From the NCBI GenBank assembly GCA_021795585.1, contig JAJYPE010000001.1:1-50807 (forward strand): DNA of 50,807 bases. The letters are read 5' to 3'. A program made the position numbers and the translations under genes. Position 1 is the first letter of the stretch. The number at the start of each line of letters is the position of its first letter. The DNA is from Actinomycetes bacterium. GTDB taxonomy: Bacteria; Actinomycetota; Acidimicrobiia; Acidimicrobiales; Acidimicrobiaceae. Positions 19,322 to 29,972 of this stretch are shown piece after piece. The notes beneath the pieces were generated by a model, which saw only the letters and a program-made list of their open reading frames with translations, was not told the origin of the DNA and searched no databases.

Positions 19322-22043
19322 TGCTCTTTCGAGCCACTGACGTTTTGCGCGTCGTCTTGGCCTTTGTGCCCTTCGCTGCGGTCTTTTTGGTGCCGGTCAC
19401 CGCCGTCCTGCGGCGAGTCGTCTTGGCTGCGCCCTCCGGGACGCTTGCACGCTTCTCCGCCAGCAGCTCGACTGCTCGTTCCAGCGTCAGCCCCTCCTCG
19501 ACCTCGAACTGCTTGACCGAGCAGTTCACCTCGCCATCGCTGATGTAGGGGCCGAAGCGGCCGGAGCGGAGAACCACCTTGCGGCCATCGGGATCGGCAC
19601 CAAGCTCCAAAGAGGTGGAACTGCGCCGGCCCCGCCCCGCTTGAGGCGTCGCCAACAGCTCGAGGGCATCGGGCAGGGTAATCGAGAAGATGCGCTCCTC
19701 GGAGTCAAGGTTCCTAGAGGTAATGCCGCGCTTTATGTAGGGGCCAAACTTTCCGTTGGCCGCCAGGACCTCCTGCCCGCCTTCCGGATCCACGCCGACC
19801 ACCCGCGGAAGGGAGAGAAGCTCGACCGCTTCCTCCAAGGAGACGGTCTGGGGTGTCATGCTCGAGAAGAGGGATGCGGTCTTCGGCTTCTCGCCCTTGG
19901 GCAGAGTCTCGGCATCACCCAGTTGCACAAAGGGCCCGAACCGGCCAACCTTCACGTAAACGGGTTCGGCTAGCTCAGGATGAACGCCGAGTAAGCGATC
20001 CGACTGGACCGTTGCCAACAGCTCGAGTGCCTTCTCGATCGTCAGCTCGTCGGGAGCGATACCCTCGGGGACCGGAGCGGTCTTCTCGCCCATTTGGATG
20101 AACGGCCCGTAGCGGCCGACTCTGACCACGCACTCGCCGCCATCCGGCCCCATGCCCAGGGGGATGGTGTTGATCGCCCTCGGGTCGATCTCCTCCAGCT
20201 GGCTCTCCACCAAATCCTTCAACCCCGGGGCGTGGTTGCCGTAGTAGAACTGCTCCAGGTAGGGGATGGCCGGCTCTTCGCCATTGGCGATCCTGTCCAG
20301 GCGATCCTCGAGCTCCGCCGTGAAGTTGTAATCGACGAGCGAGCCAAAATACTGCTCGAGAAGGGTCACAACGGCGAAGGCGACAAAGGAGGGAACCAGC
20401 GCGGCTCCCCTCTTGAAAACGTAACCGCGATCCTGGATGGTGGAGATGATGCTGGCGTAGGTGCTCGGCCTGCCGACCCCCAGCTCTTCAAGCGCCTTTA
20501 CCAGGGACGCCTCGGTGAAGCGGGCGGGCGGGGTGGTGGAATGGCTCGCGGTGCGAACCTCCGAGACCGGCACGCTCTCACCCTCGGTAAAGGCGGGGAG
20601 AATGGCCTCCCTCTCGTCCCCGGCATCGTCCCCGTCGTCGATGTCCTCAACATAGACGCGAAGAAATCCAGGGTGGGCGATGGTGGTGCCGGAGGCAGCG
20701 AGGTAGGCGGTTGCCGGATTGAGTACCGTCCCCTCGGGGCTTCCAACCGGGCCGGCCAAGCCAAGCGGGGCTGAGAAACGGACGGTCACCGAGGTTCCGG
20801 TGGCGTCCGTCATCTGGGAGGCAATGGTCCGCTTCCAGATCAGGTCGTACAGTTTGAGTTCGTCGGAGCCGACCACACGGGCGATTTCCGCCGGGTTGGC
20901 CCAGCGGTCGCCGGCGGGCCGAATGGCCTCGTGCGCTTCCTGGGCGTTCTTTACGGAGTTGCGATAGTTGCGTGCCCCTTTGGGCATGAACTCAGGCCCA
21001 AAGGTGTGCGAAATGATGGATCGGGCTTGGGCGATTGCCGCCTCGGCAAGATAAGTCGAGTCGGTCCTCATATAGGTGATGTGGCCGGCTTCGTAGAGGC
21101 GCTGAGCCGCGGCCATGGTCCGCTTGGATGAGAAGCGAAGCTTGCGCCCGGCCTCCTGCTGCAGGGTCGAAGTCCTAAAAGGCGGGGCGGGCGAGCGGCG
21201 ATACGGCTTGGACTCCACAGCGTCGACAACGAGGGAGCGGGGCCGCAAATCGTCGGCAACCGACTGCGCCGAGCGCTCGTCGAGAACGATTAAGCTCGCG
21301 CTCTTCAGTCTTGCCGGGTCGAGGTGTCCATCGGAGGCGAAGTCGCGGCCGACCGCCACACGGGCCGAGTCCAATGCCGTCAGTGTCGCCTCGAACGACG
21401 ATCCCTGCTTGGCTCCCGCCACCCTGACTGAGCAATACGAGGCGCTGGAGAAACTCATGCGCTCGCGTTCGCGCTGCACGAGAATTCGCGTGGCAACGCT
21501 CTGCACACGTCCGGCGGATAGCGCCGGCTTGACCTTCTTCCAAAGCACCGGAGAGACCTCGTACCCATAGAGGCGGTCGAGGATGCGGCGCGCTTCCTGG
21601 GCACTGACAAGGTCGGTGTCAATGGAGCGGGTGTGTTCGATGGCCTCGTTGATGGCCGACTCGGTGATCTCATGGAAGACCATGCGGCGCACCGGCACCC
21701 GCGGCGCCAGCACCTGCGTCAGGTGCCACGCGATGGACTCGCCTTCGCGATCCTCGTCTGTTGCCAGATAGAGCTCGCTCGCCTGGCCTACCAAGTCCTT
21801 CAGCCGTTTGACCTGAGCGCGCTTTTTGTCACTCACCACGTAGAGCGGCTTGAAGCCGTTCTCCACGTCGACGCCAAGCCGGGCCCACTTCTCCTTCTTC
21901 AGGGCGGCCGGTATCTCCGAGGCGCTCGTTGGCAGGTCCCGTATGTGGCCGATCGAGGACTCCACCAGATAACCGGAGCCCAGGAATTTGGAGATCGTCT
22001 TCGCCTTGGCCGGTGACTCGACTATGACAAGTGGTTTCGCCAT
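19311..22043 (-). CDS. topA: Type IA DNA topoisomerase I
   Basis: LVIVESPAKAKTI, LATDEDREGE, SAGRVQS, ITYMRTDS, GRPSTYA; actinobacterial GRF/YGP C-terminal repeats and Lys-rich tail. Confidence 0.97.
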   Translation of the reverse strand: MAKPLVIVESPAKAKTISKFLGSGYLVESSIGHIRDLPTSASEIPAALKKEKWARLGVDVENGFKPLYVVSDKKRAQVKRLKDLVGQASELYLATDEDREGESIAWHLTQVLAPRVPVRRMVFHEITESAINEAIEHTRSIDTDLVSAQEARRILDRLYGYEVSPVLWKKVKPALSAGRVQSVATRILVQRERERMSFSSASYCSVRVAGAKQGSSFEATLTALDSARVAVGRDFASDGHLDPARLKSASLIVLDERSAQSVADDLRPRSLVVDAVESKPYRRSPAPPFRTSTLQQEAGRKLRFSSKRTMAAAQRLYEAGHITYMRTDSTYLAEAAIAQARSIISHTFGPEFMPKGARNYRNSVKNAQEAHEAIRPAGDRWANPAEIARVVGSDELKLYDLIWKRTIASQMTDATGTSVTVRFSAPLGLAGPVGSPEGTVLNPATAYLAASGTTIAHPGFLRVYVEDIDDGDDAGDEREAILPAFTEGESVPVSEVRTASHSTTPPARFTEASLVKALEELGVGRPSTYASIISTIQDRGYVFKRGAALVPSFVAFAVVTLLEQYFGSLVDYNFTAELEDRLDRIANGEEPAIPYLEQFYYGNHAPGLKDLVESQLEEIDPRAINTIPLGMGPDGGECVVRVGRYGPFIQMGEKTAPVPEGIAPDELTIEKALELLATVQSDRLLGVHPELAEPVYVKVGRFGPFVQLGDAETLPKGEKPKTASLFSSMTPQTVSLEEAVELLSLPRVVGVDPEGGQEVLAANGKFGPYIKRGITSRNLDSEERIFSITLPDALELLATPQAGRGRRSSTSLELGADPDGRKVVLRSGRFGPYISDGEVNCSVKQFEVEEGLTLERAVELLAEKRASVPEGAAKTTRRRTAVTGTKKTAAKGTKAKTTRKTSVARKSNAD

Positions 22044-22177
22044 CTGTTGCCCAAACTATTCCGCTGCCCGGCTGCGGGCACGGACCCTTTCTGCCCTAAC
22101 AAACATACGGGCACACGGCCGCCGCCTTGCGTGCCGGGCAGAAATTCCCACTCGAAGTGCAGCGCCGCGAAGCCTCG

Positions 22178-24595
22178 CTAGTCTTCCACCTCGACAGGTG
22201 CGAATTCGTACGTCGGGTTCATCATGGCGATGTGGCCCTCGATCTCGCCGACAGTCCCCTCGGCGGTCATCCGCCTACCTGGCTCGATGCCCGGCACCTG
22301 GCGCTTGCCCGCGAAGACGAGCAGGATGGCCCCGGTGCCGTCTTCGAGGCGCACTGCCAATGACGGTACCGAGTCCATTGGCTGCACCCTTACCGACCGG
22401 ACCCGCCCCGCCACCTTGGCACGGCGTCGATAGACCACGTCTCCAATCGCCATGGTGCCCTCGAGAAGGCGTGCGCCGAACGCCTCGGTCTCATGGGCCG
22501 AGATCGACTGCTCCTTCTCCCCGGAGGGCTTGGGACGGTGGTCGAAAATGACCTTGTCGGTTCCTCCGATCACGACTTCGAAGGGAATGATCGTGGCGTT
22601 CACGTGGGGAATCTGAGAAAGCACCTTCGCCAGGGCGTCAGCCGTACGATCGTGCAGAATCCGCTGCATGAATCCCGGATAGACACGCCTCGGCAAAAGA
22701 ACCGTGACCTCGGAGTCACCGGGAAGCGCCGCCTCGGCGACCACGTCGAGGGCCGCGCGGCGGATCCGCCGGTCGGCACATTCGACCACCTCCAGGTCGA
22801 GATGGCTCACGCCCAGCCTCGACCACTCCTGCTCGAGGGTTCGTGCCTCCTTCGTGTCGATCTCAATGTGCACCGCCCTTATCTCGTCAGGGGTGAGTGT
22901 GCGCGCATATTGAATGGCACGTGCGGTAGCCAGGTCCAGATTCTCGACGAAGAGAATCACCTTGTGTTTGCGCAAAACCGGCGCTTCGCAGGCCACGGCC
23001 ACGCCCTGCTCGAGCTGGACCTCCTCGGCGACGTAGCGGCGATTCAGGCGTATAAAAAGGAAGACGAGCGGTATGCCGGCGGCCAGCACGGCCCAGGCGC
23101 CCTCCTTGAATTTTGTCACCAGGAACACGACGACAACGATTGCGGAAAGGATGGTGGCCAGCAGGTTGACGGCAAACCCGCGGCGGTAGCCGGGCTCGCG
23201 CAGCTTCAAGTGGTGCTTCAACATGCCACCGCTGGCCATGGTGAAGCCGGTGAAGACGCCGATGGCGTACAGGGCCACCAGAGCGGAGACGCTCGCCCGT
23301 GTGGCGATCAGGATCAGCTCCGACACCACCGTAAGAAGGATTATGCCGTTGGAGAGTGCCAGGCGATGCCCGCGCCGGGCGAGCTGACGGGGGAGGAAGG
23401 AGTCCTCGGCCGCGAAGGAGACCAGGAAGGGGAACCCGTTGAAGCTGGTGTTGGCGGCGAAGATGAGGATGAAGTACGTGGAGGTCTGCAGGAGGTAGTA
23501 CGCCACCTTCCCGAGAAGGCTCCCCCCGTAGACGGTCTGGGCGATCATGGAGATCACGGTCGGGGTCCCGCTTACCCGGGGTATGGGGTGGATGTGGGAG
23601 GCTAGGAACGATAGTCCGAAGAAGAGAACGCCAAGAATGGTGGCCATCACCACCAGGACGATGCGCGCATTCTTCCACTGGGGGGTCCGGAAGATCGATA
23701 TTCCGGTGGAGACCGCCTCTATACCGGTCAGGGCGGTGCCGCCATTCGCAAAGGCCTGCAGGAAGATGAAGAGAGAAGCCCCTAGGAGCAGTCCGGAACC
23801 GGCATGGCCCAGTGTCAGGGCCCCGTGGACGTGCGATGGGAGGTAGTGAAGCTGATGGGTCATGGCCCGGTAGATGCCAAAACTCAGCATGACGGCCATG
23901 TTGGCCATGAAGAAGTACGCGGGAAAGGCGAAGATGCGCCCCGCTTCGCGCACCCCTCGAAGGTTGCCGTAGGCAAGCAGCAGCACGAAGACGATCGACA
24001 GGTAAAGGTTGTAGCGGGCGAGGGCGGGGATTGCCGAAGTGATGGCGTCGACTCCTGCCGCCACCGAAATAGCCACCGTAACCGTGTAGTCGATCATGAT
24101 CGCCACGGCCGCGATCTGCGCAATCTTGGGTCCGAAGTTGTCCCGCGCCACCACGTAGGCGCCGCCGGCACGTGGGTAGGCCTTGACGACCTGGAAATAG
24201 GAGGCCGTAACCGCGGCCAGGATGACCAGGATGAGGACGCTGACCGGCAGCACAAGCGAGAAGGCCGCCAGGCCCACAACCGGTATCAGGACGGTCAGGA
24301 TCTGCTCCGTGGCGTAGGCACTGGAGGAGATGACGTCCGAGGAGAGCACGGCCAGCGCTGTTGGCTTGCCGAGGCGTTCCCCCTTCATCTGCTCATTGAC
24401 GAGCGGCTTTCCCAAAAGGGAGTTTTTGAGGCGATAGGAGCGCGTCTCGGGAAGGTCGTAGGAGCCTAAGGGCGCCATCGTCTCAGGGCGAGCACCCTGG
24501 CCCTTGGCGCCACTGAATCTCGCGGCGCCGTCCACCCTGGTGCCCCCCTCGTCATGGCCTACGGCTGCGTCATTCTCGGCAGCGCTGTCGCTCAA
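22178..24595 (-). CDS. APC-family (KimA/YdaO-like) K+ transporter with fused C-terminal OB-fold domain
   Basis: SSDVISSSAYATE, AYPRAGGAY, DYTVTVAISV, ALTGIEAVS, ILHDRTA; C-terminal VAGRVRSVR...LEDGTGAILLVFAG...GIEPG...NPTYE; divergent from trkA pair. Confidence 0.85.
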   Translation of the reverse strand: MSDSAAENDAAVGHDEGGTRVDGAARFSGAKGQGARPETMAPLGSYDLPETRSYRLKNSLLGKPLVNEQMKGERLGKPTALAVLSSDVISSSAYATEQILTVLIPVVGLAAFSLVLPVSVLILVILAAVTASYFQVVKAYPRAGGAYVVARDNFGPKIAQIAAVAIMIDYTVTVAISVAAGVDAITSAIPALARYNLYLSIVFVLLLAYGNLRGVREAGRIFAFPAYFFMANMAVMLSFGIYRAMTHQLHYLPSHVHGALTLGHAGSGLLLGASLFIFLQAFANGGTALTGIEAVSTGISIFRTPQWKNARIVLVVMATILGVLFFGLSFLASHIHPIPRVSGTPTVISMIAQTVYGGSLLGKVAYYLLQTSTYFILIFAANTSFNGFPFLVSFAAEDSFLPRQLARRGHRLALSNGIILLTVVSELILIATRASVSALVALYAIGVFTGFTMASGGMLKHHLKLREPGYRRGFAVNLLATILSAIVVVVFLVTKFKEGAWAVLAAGIPLVFLFIRLNRRYVAEEVQLEQGVAVACEAPVLRKHKVILFVENLDLATARAIQYARTLTPDEIRAVHIEIDTKEARTLEQEWSRLGVSHLDLEVVECADRRIRRAALDVVAEAALPGDSEVTVLLPRRVYPGFMQRILHDRTADALAKVLSQIPHVNATIIPFEVVIGGTDKVIFDHRPKPSGEKEQSISAHETEAFGARLLEGTMAIGDVVYRRRAKVAGRVRSVRVQPMDSVPSLAVRLEDGTGAILLVFAGKRQVPGIEPGRRMTAEGTVGEIEGHIAMMNPTYEFAPVEVED

Positions 24596-24732
24596 GGTAA
24601 ACGGCCTCCGCTATCAGTTGCAAAACCTACACTATATCGACGGTACCAATGGGCTTTCCCATTGGAAGGCTGCGCGCCCGGCCGATCTGAGGCGGCCGAC
24701 CTCCGGGCGACGATGAAACCAGGTGATTAAAA

Positions 24733-25395
24733 GTGCACATAATCGTCGTCGGGTGTGGACGAGTGGGTTCTGAGCTGGGCACGCGCCTCTCGGTCGAAGG
24801 CCATTCGGTTGTAATTATCGACAAGAATGCATCCGCCTTTCGTCGGCTCGGGGAGCACTTCTCCGGAAGGACCATCCCTGGACTGGGTTTCGACCGCCAG
24901 CATCTCGAGCTTGCGGACATTGGGTCGGCCGGCGCACTGGCGGCAGTGACAAGCGGCGACAATTCCAACATCCTGACCGCGCGGATCGCCCGTGAGGTTT
25001 ACGGGGTCCCCAAGGTGGTAGCGCGCATCTACGACCCACGCCGAGCCGAGATCTACCGACGCCTGGGCATCCAGACCGTTGCCACCGTCACTTGGACTAC
25101 CGACCAGGCCATGCGCCGCATTTTCGACGCCGCCAGCCAGCCCGACTGGACCGACCCCAACGGCAACGTGGTGCTTGTCGAAAAGGGCGTTCCGCCGCAT
25201 TTGCTTGGCAAGCGACTCGGCAAGTTGGAGGAGATCGCGGGAGTGAAGCCGGTGCTTCTGACGCGAGGCACCTCAACACGCCTCTTCCAGCCCGACATCG
25301 TGGCGCAGGAGGGTGACCTGATGCACTTCATGGTCGAACGAGAGGCAATAGCCTCCCTGGAAATCGCACTCGGGGGCAAGGAGAAAAAGCAGTGA
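24733..25395 (+). CDS. trkA: TrkA family K+ uptake regulatory protein (RCK_N/RCK_C)
   Basis: IIVVGCGRVG, AVTSGDNSNI, VVARIYDP.RAE.Y.RLGI. Confidence 0.92.
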   Translation: MHIIVVGCGRVGSELGTRLSVEGHSVVIIDKNASAFRRLGEHFSGRTIPGLGFDRQHLELADIGSAGALAAVTSGDNSNILTARIAREVYGVPKVVARIYDPRRAEIYRRLGIQTVATVTWTTDQAMRRIFDAASQPDWTDPNGNVVLVEKGVPPHLLGKRLGKLEEIAGVKPVLLTRGTSTRLFQPDIVAQEGDLMHFMVEREAIASLEIALGGKEKKQ

Positions 25396-26072
25396 AGGTG
25401 GTAATCGCGGGAGCCGGGAGCGTCGGCTCCTTCATCGCCGAGGATCTGCAGGCCGCCGGGCACGACGTGCTGGTAATCGAGCAGAACGAGCTGGAGGTCA
25501 AAAAACTCGCCGAGCAGATCCCATGCCGCTTCCTTGTCGCCGACGCCTGTGAGGTATCCTCACTCCAGCTGGCGGGCCTGGCCGAAGCCGACGTGGTGGT
25601 GGCCGCCACCGGCGACGACGAGGACAATCTGGTCGTATCACTATTGGCGAAGCAGGAATTCATGGTCCCGCGCGTAGTGGCAAGAGTGAACAACCCGAAG
25701 AACCACTGGCTCTTCAACAAGACCTGGGGCGTAGACGTATCGGTCTCCACCCCTCACCTGCTCTCTTCTCTCGTTGAGGAGGCGGTGTCGGTCGGATCCC
25801 TGGTACGCCTCCTGTCGTTCGAGAAAAGCGGCGCCCGCCTAGTGGAGGTCACCCTGGCCGAGGATTCTCCGGCAAACAACGTGCAGATCGCTCAACTCGG
25901 GCTGCCCAAGACCGCCTCCATAGTTGCAATCATTCGTCTGGACAACGTCATCGTCCCACGCGGCAACACGCTTCTGCACGACGGTGACGAAGTGGTCGCG
26001 CTCGTCACCGAGGACGCCGAAGCGGAGATCAAGACGATTCTGATCGGAGAGAAGCCGATTCCCGGGCAATAG
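25392..26072 (+). CDS. trkA: TrkA family K+ uptake regulatory protein (second copy)
   Basis: VVIAGAGSVG, AATGDDEDNLV.SLLAK.EF.VPRVVARVNNPKN.WLF. Confidence 0.92.
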   Translation: MKVVIAGAGSVGSFIAEDLQAAGHDVLVIEQNELEVKKLAEQIPCRFLVADACEVSSLQLAGLAEADVVVAATGDDEDNLVVSLLAKQEFMVPRVVARVNNPKNHWLFNKTWGVDVSVSTPHLLSSLVEEAVSVGSLVRLLSFEKSGARLVEVTLAEDSPANNVQIAQLGLPKTASIVAIIRLDNVIVPRGNTLLHDGDEVVALVTEDAEAEIKTILIGEKPIPGQ

Positions 26073-26089
26073 CTCCCGCGGCGCGGCAC

Positions 26090-26118
26090 CGGTGGCGCCG
26101 GCCGAAATGGCGCCACCG
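26090..26118. terminator. GC-rich hairpin between convergent genes
   Basis: CGGTGGCGCC-N9-GGCGCCACCG, perfect 10-bp stem; no clear U tract. Confidence 0.5.
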
Positions 26119-26162
26119 ACTTCCATCGGACCGACTGCACTACCGACTTGTATCTCGGCGGG

Positions 26163-27017
26163 CTAAACGAGAGAGGCGGAGAAGGCCGACGCGCTGTCGG
26201 CCCATGAGGTGAGCGGCACCCCAAAAGCGGAGGCTAGCTCCGCCCAGCGCTCACCCTGGAACTCCGCCTCCTCTCGCAGTACCACCGCGGCAGCCGCGGG
26301 GGATTGTTCGAGAAGTGACGAGATGATGAACTTGCGGGAACCGATTCGAGGCGCCAGCCCGACACCGTAGGCGCGCTCAAAAAGTATCCGCTTGGTCAGG
26401 AACGTCCCACAGAGATATGGGGAGGCTGCCAAGGCGACAAGGTCAGAGGCGTCCTCGGCGGCCTTGACGCGACCGTCCAGTACCGAAGGAGTCATCTCCC
26501 AGCTCTGGAGTTCGAGCCACCCGGCCACCTCCGCCAATGTGCCGACCGTGGCTCCGGCCCACGACGAGAGGCGCGGCTCCAGGCGAGTAGTCGCCGTGGC
26601 GTAGACGGGGGCCCAGGGAAGCACGTGCTCAAAAAGGAACGCCGCCAGCACCTTTTCCATCGCCGCCGAATCGCCGCTTCCCGGCGGAGCCTCGAGAAGC
26701 CGATCAATCATGTCGGCCACCATAACCAGCTGGTTTACCAGCGAGGTCGCTTCTCGGATCGGCTCGATCCCGGCCGCTGCCAGGAAGCCGTCTAGGCGCT
26801 CGGCGGGCTCTCCCCCGAGCTGCGCGCCCGGACTCAGGTAGATGCACGCGTCCGGGAGCAATTCGAGCGCAAAGACCTCGGTGTGGTCCGCCGGACTGAA
26901 CCCTTCAAGGCCGAAAAGCGTGCGAATCTCGGAGTGCAGGCCGGCATTGGCCACGACCTCCGAACAGGCGCGCAGGACCTCGGCGCGGGCGCGCTCATCC
27001 GCGCCCGGAACTTTCAT
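26163..27017 (-). CDS. Probable TorD/DmsD-family molybdoenzyme chaperone
   Basis: Last gene of the Mo-enzyme operon; YLSP...LGGE, FLFEHVLPWAP.Y motif; helical. Confidence 0.7.
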   Translation of the reverse strand: MKVPGADERARAEVLRACSEVVANAGLHSEIRTLFGLEGFSPADHTEVFALELLPDACIYLSPGAQLGGEPAERLDGFLAAAGIEPIREATSLVNQLVMVADMIDRLLEAPPGSGDSAAMEKVLAAFLFEHVLPWAPVYATATTRLEPRLSSWAGATVGTLAEVAGWLELQSWEMTPSVLDGRVKAAEDASDLVALAASPYLCGTFLTKRILFERAYGVGLAPRIGSRKFIISSLLEQSPAAAAVVLREEAEFQGERWAELASAFGVPLTSWADSASAFSASLV

Positions 27018-29947
27018 GGCCTTGCCACCTCTTCCTCGTGCCGTGCAGGCAGCGCAAACGCCTGGGCGGACGGCTTGAGCGGCCGCATGAGCCAGCGTGG
27101 GCGACGAGCCCCATTGGGGGAGACGCCATAGGCGCTGCGTGTGATCTCCAGCCAGCGCTTGTAGGCCTCGCGCGAGCGGTCGGTATCCACATACACCTCA
27201 CCGTGGATATCGTCCGAAGCAGCCTTGCTTATCCGGACCGCCTGGTGCCAGCAGTGCATTCCCGATATGGGATCCGGATGCACCGGGAAGGTGAGATTCT
27301 GGTGCACACCGACGTCCCCCCACCAGATGCGCTGGGTGTCGGGGTCCTCGCTGACATAGGGCTTGACAGGCTCCTTCGGCTCGAGATGCCAGCGCGCCTC
27401 CTCATTGTTTAGCGCGACGGTGCGCATCAACTGGCGCTGGCCGTGGCCATGCAACTTCCACCGGCCCATGTGGTGGGAGCAGGCCACCACGCCTGGGCGG
27501 ATGCCCTCCGTTATCCAAGGCTTGACCACGAAATAGCCGATTTCCGTCTCGACCCTGACCATCGCTTTGGCGTCGATCCCGAGCCGCTCGGCGTCCTGAG
27601 GATGGATCCATAGCGGATTGGTGTGGGCGATCTCGTCAAGCCACTTCGAGTTGGCGCTTCGCGTATGGATCTGCACCGGTAACCGGAATGTGCTGATGAG
27701 GACCATCTGGTCTGGATCCATGTTTTCGGGGTGCACATGGCTCTTGATGTAGCCGGGTATGGCGTGCTCTGGCCAACCCCAATCGGCCAGCGTCGAGGAG
27801 TAGAACTCCAGTTTTCCGCTGGGCGTGGGAAAGCCCTTCAAAAGGTCGCCATCGACGTTGACGCCCACCGGGCGCCGGCCTTCGGCATCAGGGTCGGGAT
27901 CACCGGTCGGCACAATGTTCTTGGAGGCCGGCTTGGGAGTCGGCGAGTAGACGCGCTTGGTAACCGGGTCGATGTAGGCGTCGGTGATCTCCTCCGGCTC
28001 CAGCGACTTCTCGTACACCTTGCCCACGTTGCGGCTTATCTCGAAAGCCCCCCGCTTGCGCATGTACTCGAGGGGGGTCACCCCCTCGGCGGCGGCGGCC
28101 TCGGGCAAACCTGGAACCGAGTTCTCGAAGATGAAGGCGTAATACTCATCGACGCTCATGCGGCGGCTCGGATCGGCGGGAGATTCGTAGAACTTGCGGA
28201 TGCCCATGGAGCCATCGGGGTCGATGCGCCACGAGAGTTCCATCCAGAACTCGTTCTCCTCCCATACCTCGCCTGGATTCACTTCACGGGTGTCGGCGAC
28301 GTCCCGGCCCTCCGCAAGCGCCTTGGCACGCAGCACCGGCTGGCGGAAGGAGATCCACTGTCCGTCGTACTGCTCATAAGACATGAGATCGTGCCGCTCC
28401 GAGGCGTGGCCCATGGGGAGCACGTAGTCGGCAAAATACGCCGTCTCGTTCCAGGTCGGCGTCAGCGCGACGTAGCAGCCGACCATGGACTGGTCGCGGA
28501 GCACCTCCACCCAGCTCATGCCGTCCGGGTTGGTCCACACCGGGTTGTACACCCGGGTGAAGTAAACCTCCAGCTTGCCCCGTCGGTCCTTGAGGAGGTG
28601 AGGCAGTAGGAATGAGAGCTCGTTCATGGCCAGCGGATATTCGATCGGCCAGGAGAGTTCGTTCCACTTGGTGGGGTGCGGTGGCATGTGCATGGGGCGG
28701 GGAACCCACTTGTTCCAGGCGTTGGGGAAGGTCCCACCGGGGGTAGCGATCGCCCCCAGCAGCGCGTTAACAAGCAGCAGCGTGCGCGAGACCTGCCATC
28801 CTCCGAGGTTGCCCGCACTTGCGGAGCGCCAGGTGTGCGAGGCCAGGGCGGTTCCCGCACCGGCCACGATCTCGGCCACTTCGGCCAGCGTCGAAGCGTC
28901 CACTCCGGACTGGGAGGCGGCGTATTCGAAGGTGAAGTCGGCGTAGAGGCCCCGCAGTACCTCCTCGAAGTCCTCGAAGGTGGCATCGGCCACCCCGCGT
29001 GCGTCGCGCATGTACTGATCCCAGTTCCACCAACGCCTCACGAACTCGCGGTTGTAACGGCCGGTGGCGATTATGTGGTTGGCAATGGCGAGGTTGATGG
29101 CCGCCTCGCTACCCGGCTGGGGTGAGAGCCAGTAGTCCGCGTGCGTCGCGGTGTTGGAGAGGCGGGTGTCCATGACGATGAGCTTTGCGCCGTTGGCCCT
29201 GGCCTCGGTGATGCGCTGTGCATGTGGGTTGAAGTAGTGGCCCGTCTCCAGGTGGGCGGAGATGAGAACAATCACCTTGGCGTTGGCGTAATCCGCGCTG
29301 GGGCGGTCGATGCCGGCCCAATAGTGCCATCCCGCGCGCCCGCCGGAGGAGCAAACGTTGGTATGGGAGTTATGGCCGTCGACACCCCAAGAGGCCAGGA
29401 CGCGCTCGGTGAAACCGTCCTCGCCGGGGCGGCCGATATGGCACATCACCTCGTCGGTGCGCTCCTCCTGTATCGCCTTTCGAATGCGGGCGGCAAGGTC
29501 GTCAAGTGCTTCGTCCCAGTTGACCCGGACCCACTTCCCGCTTCCGCGCTCGCCCTCGCGCTTGAGCGGGTAGAGGATGCGGTCCGGATCCTGGATCTGG
29601 TTGAGCGTGGCCGGGCCCTTTGCGCAGTTACGTCCGCGAGACCCCGGGTGGAGCGGGTTGCCCTCGAACTTGCGGACGGCGCCCGTCTCGTTGTCGACAT
29701 AGGCCAACAGGCCACATGCCGACTCGCAGTTGAAGCAGGTGGTGGGGATGAGTGAATAGCTGCGCTTAAGCCTCTCGGGCCATGCGCGCGAATCAAGCTC
29801 CTCCCAGTCGCTCCAGCGCTCGATGGGCGGAAAGGCCATCAGCGCTCCTTTGGATGGGCCCTGATAGAAGGTCTCCCCGCGCGACTCCGCCTCTGCACGG
29901 AGCCTCAGAAGCCTGCGCCCGAGCCCCTCTTCGGATTTCTTGAACAT
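27014..29947 (-). CDS. DMSO-reductase-family Mo/W-bisPGD catalytic subunit, substrate unknown
   Basis: FS0 motif TTCFNCESAC...NCAKG, DRILYPLKR, HTNVCSS (probable Cys ligand), ETAYFADYVLP, FPTPSGKLEF, WIHPQDAERLGI. Confidence 0.92.
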   Translation of the reverse strand: MFKKSEEGLGRRLLRLRAEAESRGETFYQGPSKGALMAFPPIERWSDWEELDSRAWPERLKRSYSLIPTTCFNCESACGLLAYVDNETGAVRKFEGNPLHPGSRGRNCAKGPATLNQIQDPDRILYPLKREGERGSGKWVRVNWDEALDDLAARIRKAIQEERTDEVMCHIGRPGEDGFTERVLASWGVDGHNSHTNVCSSGGRAGWHYWAGIDRPSADYANAKVIVLISAHLETGHYFNPHAQRITEARANGAKLIVMDTRLSNTATHADYWLSPQPGSEAAINLAIANHIIATGRYNREFVRRWWNWDQYMRDARGVADATFEDFEEVLRGLYADFTFEYAASQSGVDASTLAEVAEIVAGAGTALASHTWRSASAGNLGGWQVSRTLLLVNALLGAIATPGGTFPNAWNKWVPRPMHMPPHPTKWNELSWPIEYPLAMNELSFLLPHLLKDRRGKLEVYFTRVYNPVWTNPDGMSWVEVLRDQSMVGCYVALTPTWNETAYFADYVLPMGHASERHDLMSYEQYDGQWISFRQPVLRAKALAEGRDVADTREVNPGEVWEENEFWMELSWRIDPDGSMGIRKFYESPADPSRRMSVDEYYAFIFENSVPGLPEAAAAEGVTPLEYMRKRGAFEISRNVGKVYEKSLEPEEITDAYIDPVTKRVYSPTPKPASKNIVPTGDPDPDAEGRRPVGVNVDGDLLKGFPTPSGKLEFYSSTLADWGWPEHAIPGYIKSHVHPENMDPDQMVLISTFRLPVQIHTRSANSKWLDEIAHTNPLWIHPQDAERLGIDAKAMVRVETEIGYFVVKPWITEGIRPGVVACSHHMGRWKLHGHGQRQLMRTVALNNEEARWHLEPKEPVKPYVSEDPDTQRIWWGDVGVHQNLTFPVHPDPISGMHCWHQAVRISKAASDDIHGEVYVDTDRSREAYKRWLEITRSAYGVSPNGARRPRWLMRPLKPSAQAFALPARHEEEVARP

Positions 29948-29972
29948 GCCGTCCTCCTGGACTTGGATTCGC

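Noticed and set aside
24596-24732. c-di-AMP (ydaO) riboswitch ahead of the KimA-like permease
   Set aside because: The gap is only 137 bp, is shared with trkA, and shows no ydaO consensus.
29880-29947. LGRRLL as a Tat signal on the Mo subunit
   Set aside because: Charged residues (RLRAEAESRGE) follow it; there is no h-region or cleavage site.
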